Source: Trichoplax sp. H2 (Eukaryota). Taken from it: a stretch of 64,000 bases of DNA. Shown here piece by piece: positions 14,527 through 29,215 of the stretch. The translations under genes were made by a program, and so were the position numbers. The stretch is from positions 248,001-312,000 of the forward strand of contig NOWV01000032.1 in assembly GCA_003344405.1 (NCBI GenBank), read 5' to 3'. Within the stretch, counting starts at the first letter, position 1. The number at the start of each line of letters is the position of its first letter. The notes beneath the pieces are model-generated. The model was given only the letters and a program-made list of their open reading frames with translations, searched no databases and was not told the origin of the DNA.

Positions 14527-16609
14527 ATGGCTGACACAGAAGCCGTTCTTCTCGCTACTGGCGGTTATGATCATACTATTCGATTGTGGCAACCGCATAG
14601 TGGGGTTTGCCATAGGACACTCCAACACCCGGAATCGGTAAGTATGCCTTCGTTAACTTCTCCACCATAGGTCCTAACTTTAGATTCGATTAAAAACTTA
14701 TAAATCTACAGTTGGAGATCGATTGTTACTATTACCAAATAATTTAAATACCTTTTACAATTCTGAGACTACAAAATGTACAAATGGCAGCTTATCTCGA
14801 CGTATCCATGCTATTAAAATAGACAAACATATAGTATTTTGTGTGTATGCTATACAACATAATGAGTTGATGACAGTTACTTCAAACAGCCTATATTGGA
14901 AATCTTATCAACAAACTTTGCTCTCTGTTATATATAGCAAGTGAATGCTCTTTCTTTAACGCCGGACAAACAATTAATTGCTGCAGCGGGTAATAACCAC
15001 ACTTTTGGTGACAACTTATATTAAAATACCGCAATCATTAATTATATTAAAATTTTCTTTTCCCTCAGGTTTCCAGTGTGTTAGATTGTACGATGTTCAT
15101 GGTTGTAACCCTAATCCTGTCAGTAAAGTATTTATACGTAGCTTGGACAAGATTCAATTTTACTTTTCCAATACTATTCTTGCATTAGTTCACCTGTAGT
15201 TACATATCTAAGTTCTTTTGATTCGAGTACAACTTATACCTCTTGATATCAGGTCATTAATTGTGATGGGGTTCAAAAGAATATTACTGCAGTAGGATTC
15301 CATGGTGATGGTAGATGGATGTTCACGGCTGGTGAAGATGGAAAAGTCAGAATTTGGGATTTGAGGTAAAATTGGTACCAAGCTACTAGCTAGTTAATCG
15401 CCTTAAATTATCACCAGGAGTGTATACGATAAGATTGTTCGAAAAATTTGACGCTCATATATTTAATGTTTTAGGTCTCGCAATCCGCAAAGTCAAAGAA
15501 CCTTATCTGTCTCTAACCTTATCAATTGTGCCGTCCTTCATCCTAACCAGGTAGGTTAGAACACACTATATCAGATGACTGTACTCGATGATGACAAACG
15601 CAGTTTAATAAAAGTTTTCATTTTATTTATGCGAAAGAATGACTGGTTTTTTATGTTCTTGTTCTTTCTTCAACAGGTTACTATTATTGCAGGTGATCGT
15701 AGTGGGACACTTCACATTTGGGACTTAAAATTGAATCAATCTGAGAGAATGGTAAGCACGATTAAAAACTACGGCATCTATTCAATTTTACTGAATCTAA
15801 ATTAAATACTATAGGTTGTCAGCACTGATAATGCAATCACTTGCGTTGACATCGATCGTGAAGCATCGATGTTAGCCGTTGCTTGTAGTAATGTAAGTAA
15901 ACTCTGATATACAATGATTCCTAATCATCCTTTCTGACGATTAATATTTTTTCATCGTACACCTGGCGTAAAGTAGTGATGGTTTGACGATCTGCTTAAA
16001 ATATTGATAGGGTATTTGCCATGTCTACGCTCTGAGAGGATCATTCGATTCGGAAGAACGATTAATAATAAATCCAAAAACGCAAATCCACTGTCACGAT
16101 ACATACGTCATCAAATGTCGATTTAGTCATGATTCGACGTAAGTAAATTTGTATGTATGCAGCCTTGCAAGTGTCATTAGTCCTTTGTAAGTTGTTCCAA
16201 TAACTGATCATGCTTTTGTAGATTATTGGCTACGACGTCATCAGATGGGACGATTAAGGTTTGGCGAACATGCGATTTTACACTTAAATCAACACTATCG
16301 AATGCGTCACAGCGTTGGGTATGGGATTGTTCATTCTCTACTGACCCACAATACTTAATTTCAGGTAAATTATTGACTAAAGCTACAATGGTTTCTGTTA
16401 ATCCCTTTGCTTTACTAAACTATAAGAGTCTATCTTAAATACCTGATTGCTTGCTCGCAAACCAAATTTATTATGAATGTAATTTAGTTTCCTCAGATGC
16501 AGTTGCAAGACTATGGAATGTTGAAAATGCTAAGACAATAAGAGAATATAGCGGGCACCAGAAAGCTATTGTCGCTATGGCTTTCTTCGATGGAAATTCA
16601 ACGGAATAA
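14527..16609 (+). CDS. MLST8: Target of rapamycin complex subunit LST8 (WD40 protein), multi-exon
   Basis: Exons encode [102 protein letters not shown] and [14 protein letters not shown], all diagnostic of LST8/GbetaL. Confidence 0.96.
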
Positions 16610-17187
16610 CATTTCATGGGACTGTCAATTTTACATATTACTACGAAATTTTGTTATTGCATAGAAAAATCGAAGTGGCAATATTTATGCCTCATTGAAG
16701 ATGTGTTTATTTGTATAATGTGAGACGAAGACGGCTTATCTTTGCATTCTACATACTAATATTACATAAATGCATGATTTATATACAATATAAGTTCATG
16801 TGTTTATTGTAATTACGGCAATTATAAATAAGCAACTCTTAATCAGACTTAAACTTAAGTTATATACGTAAAATAGTCTCCTGACTAATTTTATTTCGCG
16901 CAAATTCCAACATTTACAAGTTATAAATAAATGTTATCGTTACTGTTTTTACATACTGAGATTTTCCGACAACTACGAAACTTTAATGGGTAAATCGTTT
17001 AGGAATAATCCTTTCGATTGCATCCAAATTCTGCCGAAGATGACAGTATCGAGCTTGCAATACTAACAGACTGAAAAAAATTGCGTAAGAGAATATTATT
17101 TAAAGCCTGTTTAACATTACGATAATCAATATCTACTGAACCGCAGGACCTGTAGTGAAATCCACTGTTAATTAAAAATCGCGCCAC

Positions 17188-17380
17188 TGATACCGTGCAT
17201 GCATACTCAATGCCATTTTACACCTACGTAACAGAGGAAAATGTACCTAACTCGCAAGCCTACTGAAATACTACCAAAAAATTGATACCGTGCATGCATA
17301 CTCAATGCCATTTTACACCTACGTAACAGAGGAAAATGTACCTAACTCGCAAGCCTACTGAAATACTACCAAAAAATTGA
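17188..17380. repeat. Perfect tandem duplication, 95-bp unit x2
   Basis: The unit tgataccgtgcatgcatactcaatgcc...ctaccaaaaaat starts at 17188 and again at 17283. Confidence 0.9.
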
Positions 17381-18306
17381 CTAAGAGCTACAAAAACTAT
17401 CACTTGATATCCACCAAAAGTAACATATTGTAAAGGTAAACTGGACTAGTTAGATATTTCTAAAATATCACAACTACAAATGAATTCTTACCTATATAAA
17501 GCGAGCGCCCAGCAAAGGCTAAATAAATTTTAATTTTATTTGCGCTGCTGTTACTTCAAATTTTCTTATGAAAATATCATTTATGCATAAAGAATAATTT
17601 TTAAATTCATTAATAAAATTCATAAGAATATTAATAAGTAGATTCAGAAGTAAAATCTTATCAATATTACGGTAGAGCATCACTTACTAAATGTCCCTCT
17701 TGTAGCTGATCGCTATGTATCTGCACTACGAACCCGCTATATCAAATAAAGAAGCTTGCAGAATACTGTATGTATACTGTACGCGTCAATTGTGGACAAT
17801 AAAATATGTTTCTGTACGTATTGTCATTAACTATTGTGTAATTAGTACTTACGAGTAGGCAATTTTGCGGTTACCCGAGAACGAATGCTACTATATTGTT
17901 ATTAAGATGATAATAATTACTATATATAATCGGCATGTAATGCGATAATAAGGAAATAATTATATCGCACCTGAACTTAACATAATTCATACTGAAAAAT
18001 GATAATGAGTTGGTTAATGCACGAATCAATGTGAATGAAGCCGAGTTTATTCCTTATATGCTAACATTTAACATATTCTAGTATTACAAGGCTACGTTAC
18101 GATATACCTTTCCCAGGCTGAATCACTGGCAAGCAAACAATCACGAAGTTTTAGCAGTATATCAATATTACATAGAATATGTGGATATCTCGAGATACTA
18201 ATAAATTTATGTGAGATAAATAAAAATTACGCGGCAGCACTCCTTGCTAAATAAATTCATTTTATTCTATTTTTATTAATACCCACTTTTATATGAGGGC
18301 TTAATT

Positions 18307-21300
18307 TTAATCTGAATCATCTTCATCCGTTGTATCAAAACGGTTCTTCCCGACTCCCTTTTTTACCGATGATTTTTTTAGGGGCGGATTTTCCATAATT
18401 GCAACGATATTGGGATTTTGTTGCAAATTGCTATTATTCTCAGAAATTGAGGGGTAGTTCTGCGGATTTCTTATTGCCTCCATATCACGAGAACTTTGAT
18501 GCAATTTATTCAAATTACTGTTATCTGTAGCTTTTTTCGGTGATGATTCTGCCGTATTTTCATGATAATTATTACTAGAGTCCTGATGTTCTGAAAGCTG
18601 GTCTAGCTCGGAATGTTTCTGGCTCTTATTAATAACAACATCGTTACCACCATTTTGCGCTATATTTGTAATCTTATCGGATTCAGCTAATTCCGAAATG
18701 GATTCAGAAATATTATCATCATTCTGAAATACAGGATTGACTATATTTTCGCTGTGAGTATCATTATCAAAATTACGAGGAGTGCCGCTCGGATTGTCAA
18801 GTAATGCTTCATTTGGAGACGTAAATTGCTGTAGTTCTGGCAATTGGTGAGATTGTATATTTACCGGATTTTCTTGTACAATCTGACCTGAACCCTGATC
18901 TTGTGATGATAATGACAACTTTTGCGTCTGAATATCTCGCTTTTTACTCTCACTGTCTTTGATATAGAATTTAGATTTATCTTTAAAGTTGGATTTCCTC
19001 TTTGGAATTTCTGGCACGCTCCCAGGTTCGTAATTAGCAATCTGTTCGGTTTCGTTGTGTGTTGAACTTTGCTTTCGATTTATTTGTTCTTGTTTACTTT
19101 TATCTTCTCCTATAATTTTATTACTTAGTGGTTCATAATGTGATGATGCAGTACTTGCTCTTTGTTGATCACCAGGTTTTATTTCTTTTAACTGCTGCTT
19201 ATCATGTGCAGTTTCCTGAAATTGCATATAAGTACTTTGAACATTACTTTGACCTTTCCTACTGTGCGCTTTATTCCTATTAACGATTGATGTGTGTTTA
19301 CGTTTCTCAATATCGAGATTATTCGCAGTTCCATCATTTTTAGACGGTCTTACACGTCCTGAAAAACTGCTATGATCTTGCATAGGTATCGGACGCTCGA
19401 TATCTACTTTTAAGCCGCTTACTGATTTAAGAGATTCAACCGTTTGACCATCATTTTCGGTCTTAATGAGTCCAGTTACCTTTCTAAGAATAGGAGTTCG
19501 AATTTGATCCACAGTCTTTAAGAAGGATGTTCAAAACAAAATAATTAACTATAAATATCTCTAATCTTACATACGTTTGCTTTTTTAATATATTAATTGG
19601 AATCAGTTATTTTATACTTACACTTAGATAATTGTAATACTTCGATTACAACTGATACAGACGAGGGCGACTTACCTCCTGTAGCTCATGTAATTGCTGT
19701 TTACAATTAATTGATTTTGTATCAGTTTTGACGAAATTCTCTCCATTGATCTCCTTAGTTAATTTATAGGCATTAGTCTTTTATAAAAGTAGAAAAGATG
19801 TGTATTAGTTAATGTAATTTACACGGTCCATGAAACGGTAGATAACAGGCTATTCCTACAGCTGAATCCATTTTATTCGTGATTTCATGTTATAATTTTG
19901 AATTGAACAAGCGAAGGATTGCTAATTTTTTATGCCTTCTTTTCTGATTTAAAATACTTTGTCAATTTAAGACTCCATATAAAATAATGAATCAATGTAT
20001 GGAAGTCGATATTAATACTTTACAGTTTTATTTTTCCAGTACTAGTGGCAGCGGAAACTGAGATCACTAAAATGAATCCATTTGATGAAACCATTTTAGC
20101 GGCTCCTGGCTGAAGATTCTACCGTATTGTATGGCGTCCATTGCTAGATTTATGAATCTTTAGTATAGCCACCTTGGTAGGTTCATAATAAAATACTGAT
20201 GCATTGAAGTACTCATGTAATACAGTAGCCTTGGTGTATCGCATATAGGCGTAAATCTAAACAACTACGGTATGTAATGTGAATCTAATTATTCTTCCGC
20301 TAGTACACTCAATACATTAGTATTATTCCTAAGACATTGCCTCTAATGGTAGGGTATATTCAGCACAATGAAAAGACAGTAATTTATCCAGCCTAAATGG
20401 AACTGCGGAATCTAGTACCTTAGTATCCAGCTCACTTATAGCCAAGTTGATAGTGTTGATTGCGTGAGCTAAATTTTTTTCTAAACTCTGTATTTGATCT
20501 TCTATATTTCGATTGTTAGCTTTCCTATGCTCAGAGATATAAATGCAAAATCAAATTTAATTGTTTAGCGGGATGACAAAAAGGAGCAATTTTTATCCGT
20601 AGTCTGATATAGATAATGCCATAGTATGATACTTTCTCTGCAAGATTTAAAAGTTTTAATATAACAACCTTTCAGTGATTTCAGCTTTGACTATTTCAGT
20701 TATTTCCTGATCCGATGCTTCTGCTTCTTTTTCTAATAAGTTTATTGATTCTAACAACGAAGATATACTAGCTTGTTGTTTACGATACTCGCTCTAAAAA
20801 CCATTATTCCAAATAATAATTCATAGCGAATTTTGAATATCAATGATTAGTATATCACGCCTTTCTTATTCTACGGTATACAATTAAAACATATTATACG
20901 TGTATATGATTATAATTTATCTACCTGGTTTAAATCCTTAAAATCGCCTAAAGCTTTAGTGGTATAAGATTTTAGAGTATTAAATTTTTTTTCGATTTGA
21001 GTAATCAGCATATTTTCAAAGTTATGGATGTCATCTTGTTGGACTTTAAGTGTCTTAGGTGGACAAAAATATTTTTACAAGATAAGCACATCTACAGTAT
21101 ATTCAAGCATTATGGAATTATAAAGATTCATAAGTTATAGACGGCGATAAGAAATTATAGTTGCAATTGCTTCTCATCAATCAAAGTGACAGATTAAATA
21201 CTGTCTGCCCGTTTTTATTCCTTATTGATAACCTCAGCATAGCTTTCAGTGTTATTTTGAATTTCCTGCCTTAGATTGGATTCCATTTGTAAAATTTTAC

Positions 21301-22730
21301 AGTTTTGTTCATTTGCGAAATTGATCAGCATTTTACTAAATCTTATTCTTTCTCGCTCTGTAGCATTAAAAATTTCCTGACTGACACTTCCTATAATGGC
21401 TCTCAATCTTTCAATTTGTCCTCCATGCTGGTCAATTTTTGATTGTATTTCGGAGATCTTGCTGATAAATTTAAGATGGATAATTAGAGTTAAAGCTTAT
21501 TACATAGCTACTGTAAGATGCTAACTGATATTTTAAAGGGGTAGCATAATTTTCAGATTAAAGTCTGATTGGCTTGGACTTAATGGGTAGACATATTTCT
21601 ATATATATACCTGAAGTAAGGCTGTTCTACCTTTTGTAGCATTAATAAGTCAATATTAAGTCCTTACCTTAAGTCCTTATCAGTTCGAGCAGAAGTCGAT
21701 AAAGTGTCAATCATCTTCTGAAAACGATCGCATCTAGAGTGAAATTCCTTCATAAATATAAAAACTATTTACACTTTCGGAATATTTAATTTAAACTATG
21801 GAAACATCTACAGCAGTTGATATATAGTGTTAACAACGTAGCTTCCTATACCGTGGGAATACTGTAACACTTGAAACATTACAAATCTAGAGACACAAAA
21901 GCAGTAGTGATATGAATTAAAGGTTATCACTTAGAAGAGAACTTAATGCGTAACAGAAGATGAAAAATATGATTTAATGAGGTTGAGTATCGGTATTTAT
22001 AACCTGACACACCGCACATTATTACAGAAATAAAATTCAAACAATTGCACTTTAATTTCTTTTAAGTTCAGTATATGAAATTTCGATTGTAATTAATTAT
22101 TCCATCACCTTATTTAAAGTAGAAACTTCATCAAAGAAATGATTCCTATCTGAAGTTATTTTATTTTTAAGAACATAAAAATTTTCCTCTAGATCGCGTT
22201 GATGAGTTTGAACGTCGTGTAATTCTTTACGAAATGAATCTAAATTACGGCTGAAAGATTCTTTCGTGTATGATGCTTCTTGTTCCATAGTAGCCAGTCT
22301 ATTTTTTAATGCATTTGGCTCAGCAGCATATTCATATCGTTTCACTTCGTCCAAAAATATTTGACGGTTTCGCTTTTCATCTAGCAAGTTATATTCGGTA
22401 TTCTGCAATCTTTTTGTTAACTGCGCAACTTGATCAAGAGTATCTTTCGTAATCATTTGATAATCATGATTTTTATCCCGTAACTTACCACTAATGCTAT
22501 CAAAGATGGACTTAATATCATTTTGCAATTTTACTAAGCTTTGGTGTAATGCTCTAGATACTATGTCTTGATTATTGATTCGAATTTCTAACTGAATTAG
22601 ATGATTTCTGTTGTCACGAATTAGATCATGTAGGTGATAGTTCACTTCGTTGCCCCTAGCAGCATGAATTAAACGATCTTGATTGTTATCTTGATTCGTA
22701 TGTAACAATGCAGGCAGTCTATCTCGCACT
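18307..22730 (-). CDS. Uncharacterised long coiled-coil protein with a low-complexity/disordered C-terminal exon (weak CCDC154/FAM81-like resemblance); 5' exons unresolved
   Basis: The ORFs 22097-22729, 21215-21406 and 18307-19512, plus small exons at ~20.9-21.05, 20.67-20.79, 20.42-20.53 and 19.68-19.78 kb, carry heptad-like sequence and GT-AG boundaries. The start codon was not located and is probably upstream (23-25 kb). Confidence 0.6.
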
Positions 22731-25364
22731 CTACAAATAAATGTAAATATATTATCTCTGAAAGTGGTAATATTTAGGAGGAAATTAACTTATCTGCAAT
22801 CATAAGTTAAATACAATATTTACGAGTATAATTTGCTAAATATTAGTCTACAGTACCGTTACAGTAGCAAAGATTAATAGAAAGAGCAATGATTTCGTAT
22901 GTGTGTCTATCCTAGATTGGATTACAGTTATCTAATTAAGTTGCTTAGACAAGATTGTTGAACAAAACACATATTTTCAACACCTGGATTAGAATCACAT
23001 TACAGTATATTAAGGCCCATAGCTATACTACCATTACAATATTCGAAATAATAGCGTGTATAAATACACTATCGTATAGGACTACTAATATTAGTATTAC
23101 TACGTTAATATATACTTTATACTTAATGTTGTGATGACGATATTTGAGGTAAAGAAAACGCCAGCTTACGAGTCAAAACGAAAAAATCATATAGATTAAA
23201 GCTGGTACAGTTCGTTTCGTTTGGTCTTTTTCTATAGAAGTAACTAAACCAATACTTCTAGGGCAGCTATCAAGTTTATATTAAAATAAGTAGTACTATC
23301 AAAATACTAACAGTACAACTAAATTGCGTTTAAAATATCAAGTGTACGGTTAGAGTTATATACATTCATCGTTATGATGGTGAACTTTCTAAGATTCAAC
23401 TTATTTCTAATTGTATATAGTTTTCCTGTTTCGATAAGTCTTTCGGCCTACAATTCCAGATTTATATTACCAAATTTATAGGATTTTATTTTAAGACTAC
23501 AACAACAAAAAACTTCGAGATTAATTTTTATGCCTTTCTAGATCTACTTACGTTATATTATTCCACATATCGCCTAGTATTAGCGTGATGTAGAAAGGAT
23601 TAAGAAATTAAACTTTGCTGGTATAAATTAAAATGCTTTAAGAACCAATATCAAGCGGATTCCGACTATAAAATATTAATCGGTCATTCATTATTAATTA
23701 TTGGTACGTTTATGCATTCTTTTCCCATGTGAGGATAATGTCATTTGTACAGTATATCACGATATGAATATTTTCCCTCACTTTTATGATTCAATGAGCT
23801 TTTAGTGTATGCATGTAAACCATGCTAGAAACAAGATGGAGGAACAGAAGCTTTACTGTAAACTGTAATATGAGCGATTGACAGAACATTGGAAGGAACT
23901 ATACAAAAAGTTTACAATTGCTAACTTTATTTTAGCTAATACAGGGTTCGTAATATAGCTGGCGTTACTTCTGTAATAGCTATCGCATTTCTCTTCATGA
24001 CCGGTCCATTTAACCTTCGTGGAGTCCACAATAAATCCAAACTAACTATATTTAGTAAAACGAATTAAACTTCATTAAAATAAAATCCTAAACCCTAAAC
24101 TGCCATAGTATCTGTAACTAAATTGGAATGAAAGTATTTTACCAGCGCTCAGACAAGTAATTACATCCATCAAACTACGTAAGTACTTCTTTCTAATGTA
24201 GTAGATATTAGTAATTTCGATGCTAAATAGGAATTAACCTTCACGCTAAACTTACAGTACTACAATCGCTAACATTTTGTAAATGTCACTTTAAAATTTT
24301 ATTCATTCCTTTATTACCTGTAACGAACTACTGATGAAAAATTAGAACATTTAAATCTATCATTAGTTAACTATATGTATGCTTCGATATATCATATTAA
24401 TATTCAAAGAACGGGATGATGATGGAAAAAAATTTATCGAACGGATCCTTATCATGATACAGAACCTCATAATGTAATGTACTGTACTTTTGTATCCTAA
24501 TTACTGTAGCTACCTACATTTACAGGATTATAATTTGTATCTAGCAATTATAACAATTTTCAGTTAATGTTTGTATGACCGTGGAAAATTGAAATTCTAC
24601 GTTATTTACGTGAACGATTGAGTAATACAGTAATTAATACGCACTATTAATTATACGAAAATGTATTCCTTTGTCAGTATTACATTGACAATTCTAATAT
24701 ACTATTCTGTTTTGCCGGTCGCCATATCGGTAATCGCGACTTTACATAAATACGCGTAAATTAAGTCAATATTATTAAATGTTGGTAATCTACGATACTT
24801 TAATACTGCTGCTGTTCCACTCGCTACAATGTATAAAATTCCCTGGCTCCCATTCCGTCAGTATAGCTTGTAAACGGTTGCTACTCTTAACAGTATCACA
24901 AACTATTGAGGCCTGCTAACTGGTTTAAAGTAAACAGAATAGGAAATATTAATGAATGATACCCATTGTATTATAATTTATATTTATATAATATTATTCA
25001 TTACCTAAACCCGTACGCATAAAATCATTATGGAAATTTCACCTAATTGAATTTAATATTAATCCGCGGTAGCAACAACATGGCAGCTGATCGTTATACA
25101 GTTTATTCCGAATGTCTAGTTACAGTGATTGTACTTGCGTACCTTAATATAACTATGACTGGTCTCACTCAAAGAATTGTTTTCATCCCAAAACGCAATG
25201 AAAGCTACATGATACATTGTATAGTAAAGTAAAGCTTATTGAAAATTTTATATCAAATACTACATGTACTCGTACATATGAATTTCACCGCTTTTAACAG
25301 TCAACAAAACAAAACATTCAGTTCAAATACTAGTTTGTTTTTTAAGGGAATTTAAACCACTTTA

Positions 25365-25515
25365 CTGTACATACAGTACAGTATTAATTAATTCAGTGAT
25401 ACTGTATACTGTACACTACACACAGTGCAGTACTGTACAGTGTACAGTATGTATTGTACAGTATAATGTACTGTACTCAGTGAGTGTACAGTACAGTACT
25501 GTACCGTACTGTATC
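25365..25515. repeat. TACAG/CTGTA pentamer tract immediately upstream of NUDT1
   Basis: Dense cagtgcagtactgtacagtgtacagta...gtacagtacagtactgtaccgtactgta, with a ttaattaatt run at ~25384. Confidence 0.75.
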
Positions 25516-25594
25516 ATGGACTACGAGGTTCTTTTAATGCTAGACACCGACGTCCACATGCACAATTGCACATTGCAAAGGATGCAGCTTAAAA

Positions 25595-27059
25595 ATGTCT
25601 TTGGACAGTAAAATACAACCAGGAACTAACGCTAATGGTAAAAGGATTAAACTGCTGACTTTAGCTTTCCTTTTCTCAGAGGGCCGCGATCAAATCTTAC
25701 TAGGTATTCAAGCGACACGAACGCAAATATTGTAGCCTATTTACGTACAGTACTGTACTGTATATTGGCAACATAGCCGTTTTATTGAATTTCAATTTCA
25801 TTCTCACTTTGCAAGAACTCGTACGTAGCTGTTTCATTAATATTTCAGGAAAGAAAAAGAGGGGTTTTGGAGAAGGCTGGTGGAATGGCTTTGGTGGAAA
25901 GGTAGTAGACGGTGAAACAATTGTAGAGGGCGCTAAAAGGTACATTTAAACAGTAGTTGTAGTTAAGCCAAATTAATGGTGTTTCTTTCAAGGACTGCAA
26001 CATCTTAATCATTAAATGGATACGAGTACTGCATACAGTATTAATTGCAATCATAACCCACAAATAAAATTAACTAAAAATCGATCTAGCTTTTTAATGA
26101 TATTATTTGCGCAGCACCTATGTGACTTATTAGACGTATGCGTACAGTACATCTACAACTATTTACTTTGTAAAGTAAAGTTCGCTTGATATATAGTATA
26201 ATATATGTAATAAAAATGCGTACGTTCTGAAAAACCACAGTCAACTTACAATCATCTTTTCAGGGAAGTACTAGAAGAATGTTCATTAAATGCTAGCAGT
26301 TTAACGAAGAGAGGAATAATAGATTTTGAATTTGTTAATGATCCTGTCATTTTACAAGTTCACATCTTTGAAATTATCAAGTTCAGTGGACAACCGCTTG
26401 AATCGGAAGGTTAGAATTAGCAATTATTGCTCACCATCATCAGACCGCATATACTCGTATATCAGAGCTGACTTTTGCAATATTAATTCATCATAGCATA
26501 TAAATTACTTACTACTACTTTTGCAATCTTTAATATACAGCTGTAAATTAATGTACTTTTTAATCTAGATAATTATCACTGATTAAATCTATTGCATTAA
26601 TATTTCAAAATATATGAATTACATGAAATTTAAGATGATACATTTAGATACATAATATAATTGGTAGTGCTTCAGCACTATTTTAATATTAAGACAAATC
26701 TTACTATGGTGCATGATGCTGATGCTATCTTGCGGAGTTTGAAAGATAGTCCTCTTGTTGTATATGAATTGTTACGATGTAACTCGTTGACATTGGTAAT
26801 GAATTAATGTAAATACTGTATACCTTTGCCTTTGTTAACGTGATTAAACCTATTTCTTTGTGAAGAAATGTTACCGAAATGGTTTAATGTCAATCAGATC
26901 CCCTTTGATAACATGTGGCCGGACGATAAGATGTGGTTTCCTTACTTGATTGAAAAGAAGTATTTTGAAGGTTATATACTCTTTGAAGGTCATACAAAGG
27001 TTCTTGATTGCAAGTTGGTATTAAAACATGATGGACAGGATGATAACAGCGCGGAATAA
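25595..27059 (+). CDS. NUDT1: Oxidized purine nucleoside triphosphate hydrolase (MTH1/NUDT1), 4 exons
   Basis: [47 protein letters not shown] (Nudix box), G.IDFEFV..P...VHIF, and [10 protein letters not shown]...[15 protein letters not shown] are typical of MTH1. Confidence 0.95.
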
Positions 27060-28719
27060 TAATTTTTTTTATTTATTACAGCTTACGTTAAGCTTGAATA
27101 AGGGTTTTACAAGTTCTAAATATTTGATCGTTCATATTGGAGCATTTTAATATCATATTGCACAGAGCTTCCAATTCTAATACTGAACACCTACGTTTGA
27201 CGTATGGTCATTTAATTGTACAGTAGTACACCATAATAAATGTAATGGTGCATAGCTATACTAGCACAATTCAAAATATTTCATATATTTCTGTCTGGTA
27301 TTCAGTATTATTTCCTGTGTATAGTTATTCATTTTGGTAAGTAACATTTTTAAGTGAAGATCAACGATTAATTTTACAAGTATTCTCCATAGAGATTGTT
27401 ACATGCTGTTCCATCTCCGGCTAGTACAGTATATTATCAGATTTACGTATAGCAGAAAAATTTCAATTGTATTTTAATTATTTTACAGCCTAGCATTTAT
27501 AGTAAAATGACCATTATTTCAACATATGCTATATGCAACATTTACTGCTTTTCAACGCTAAATGACTGGAGTAGATGTTTGAAGTTCTATCATTTTTAGG
27601 TAGTACACACGCACCATTATAATCATTAATCTTAGTAAGATCAAGAAAGCGATAATCATTGTATCAATATACGTATGATATATTTCTTTACATCATATAA
27701 TTATAATCATTCCTAAAACGAGCTTTAATTTGAGCGTTGTAGTGCGATATTACGGTACTGTAATAGGTGTCAGTTCACGAAATATCACATAAATTCATCA
27801 ATATAATGTCGCTGCTAAAATCTGAAGATGTTAAAATTAGTTATGATACTGTACTGTAATCGCTGCGCTTTACGGTACTCGTACGACACTCACCAAACTC
27901 ATGAACTACAGTAGCTCAGCTAACAGACTATTGGCAACCACGACACTGCCCCGCCCACATGGTGAACTAGACAAAGTTGATATAGCTGACCGATTACTCT
28001 TATTTTACGTGCCTTTTAAATGGAAACGATCGGTTGTTTGGGTTAGTTAGCTATTTGTATCCGCATACTGTACTGTTTCGTCACCGTTTCCGTTTCATAT
28101 TTACATTAAGTTCAGAAATTTTCTGATATCAGTACTACTGTACTCTGTCTGTAGGCGTTCCGTTTATGGTATACAGTACTTTACGTACTGTACAGTACAC
28201 TATAGTTGCTAAAATTTTTAGCACCATGAATCATGGCATATACGCGTATGCACATGAAAAGAATCCATAAAGGATGGTAACACCATACTGTACAGTACAT
28301 ACATGTATGTAGGGAACGTGTGGAGTTAGATTTTGAAACTTCACTTCTCATGAACGTTAAGTGTTGTGGACTTCAAGTGAACTTCAAGTGGAGTTCGCTA
28401 AGTGTACACTGTACAGTATACTGTAGACCACTATTCAAGGGGCGTGGCGAGCCCTGTAAAATGGTTGAAAGATACTGTATTCATCTACAGTACTCTCCTG
28501 GGTTACTCCAGGATTTATATCAGCTCGAACCGGTAATTTTCTAGTAATGTAAAAGGAAAGCGTGCGCGACATTGCACCTCCAAGGCTCCAAGACAGTAAC
28601 AACAAACGCAAAGAAGATTGCAGTGAGTAGTAAATTGATTATTCAACAAGATTAAATTATATTTTTACTCATATTCTCGCTACAGTAGATAATACGCAAA
28701 CCCTTAGGACAAAATTTTT

Positions 28720-28739
28720 NNNNNNNNNNNNNNNNNNNN
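28720..28739. other. Assembly gap (20 N)
   Basis: Run of N characters. Confidence 1.
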
Positions 28740-28913
28740 ATCCATAAAGGATGGTAACACCATACTGTACAGTACATACATGTATGTAGGGAACGTGTGG
28801 AGTTAGATTTTGAAACTTCACTTCTCATGAACGTTAAGTGTTGTGGACTTCAAGTGAACTTCAAGTGGAGTTCGCTAAGTGTACACTGTACAGTATACTG
28901 TAGACCACTATTC

Positions 28914-29215
28914 AAGGGGCGTGGCGAGCCCTGTAAAATGGTTGAAAGATACTGTATTCATCTACAGTACAGTATAATGTTACCTTAAATTATGTCTTTA
29001 AATTGTGAAGAAATGTACTTTCGATTTGGCTCAAATTCCATGCAAATAGATCAGTACAACCTTGAGCAATTGGCTCTTGATATTTTGATTACTTTTTTAC
29101 CGCAGTATTGAATACTTCTACAGTATTTCTTTCAAGTTTCTAATACAAACTATCAGTCGCTGTTACATGTACGGTCGCTCCAACCATTTTACAACTCACG
29201 TCGTAATACCGCTCT
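28914..29215. mobile_element. Degenerate MITE-like element (inverted tgtaaaatggttg / caaccattttaca)
   Basis: A 13-bp exact inverted match at ~28932 and ~29180 extends imperfectly on both sides. The interior is AT-rich and non-coding; the ends are uncertain. Confidence 0.4.

Noticed and set aside
17188..17380. Direct repeats as a possible CRISPR array or LTR pair
   Set aside because: There are only two adjacent copies with no spacer or internal region, in a eukaryotic context without cas or RT genes.
28320..28988. Two near-identical ORFs MELDFETSLLMNVKCC...
   Set aside because: They have GTG starts, lie inside the gap-flanking duplicate and run through TACAG repeats, with no splice or homology support.
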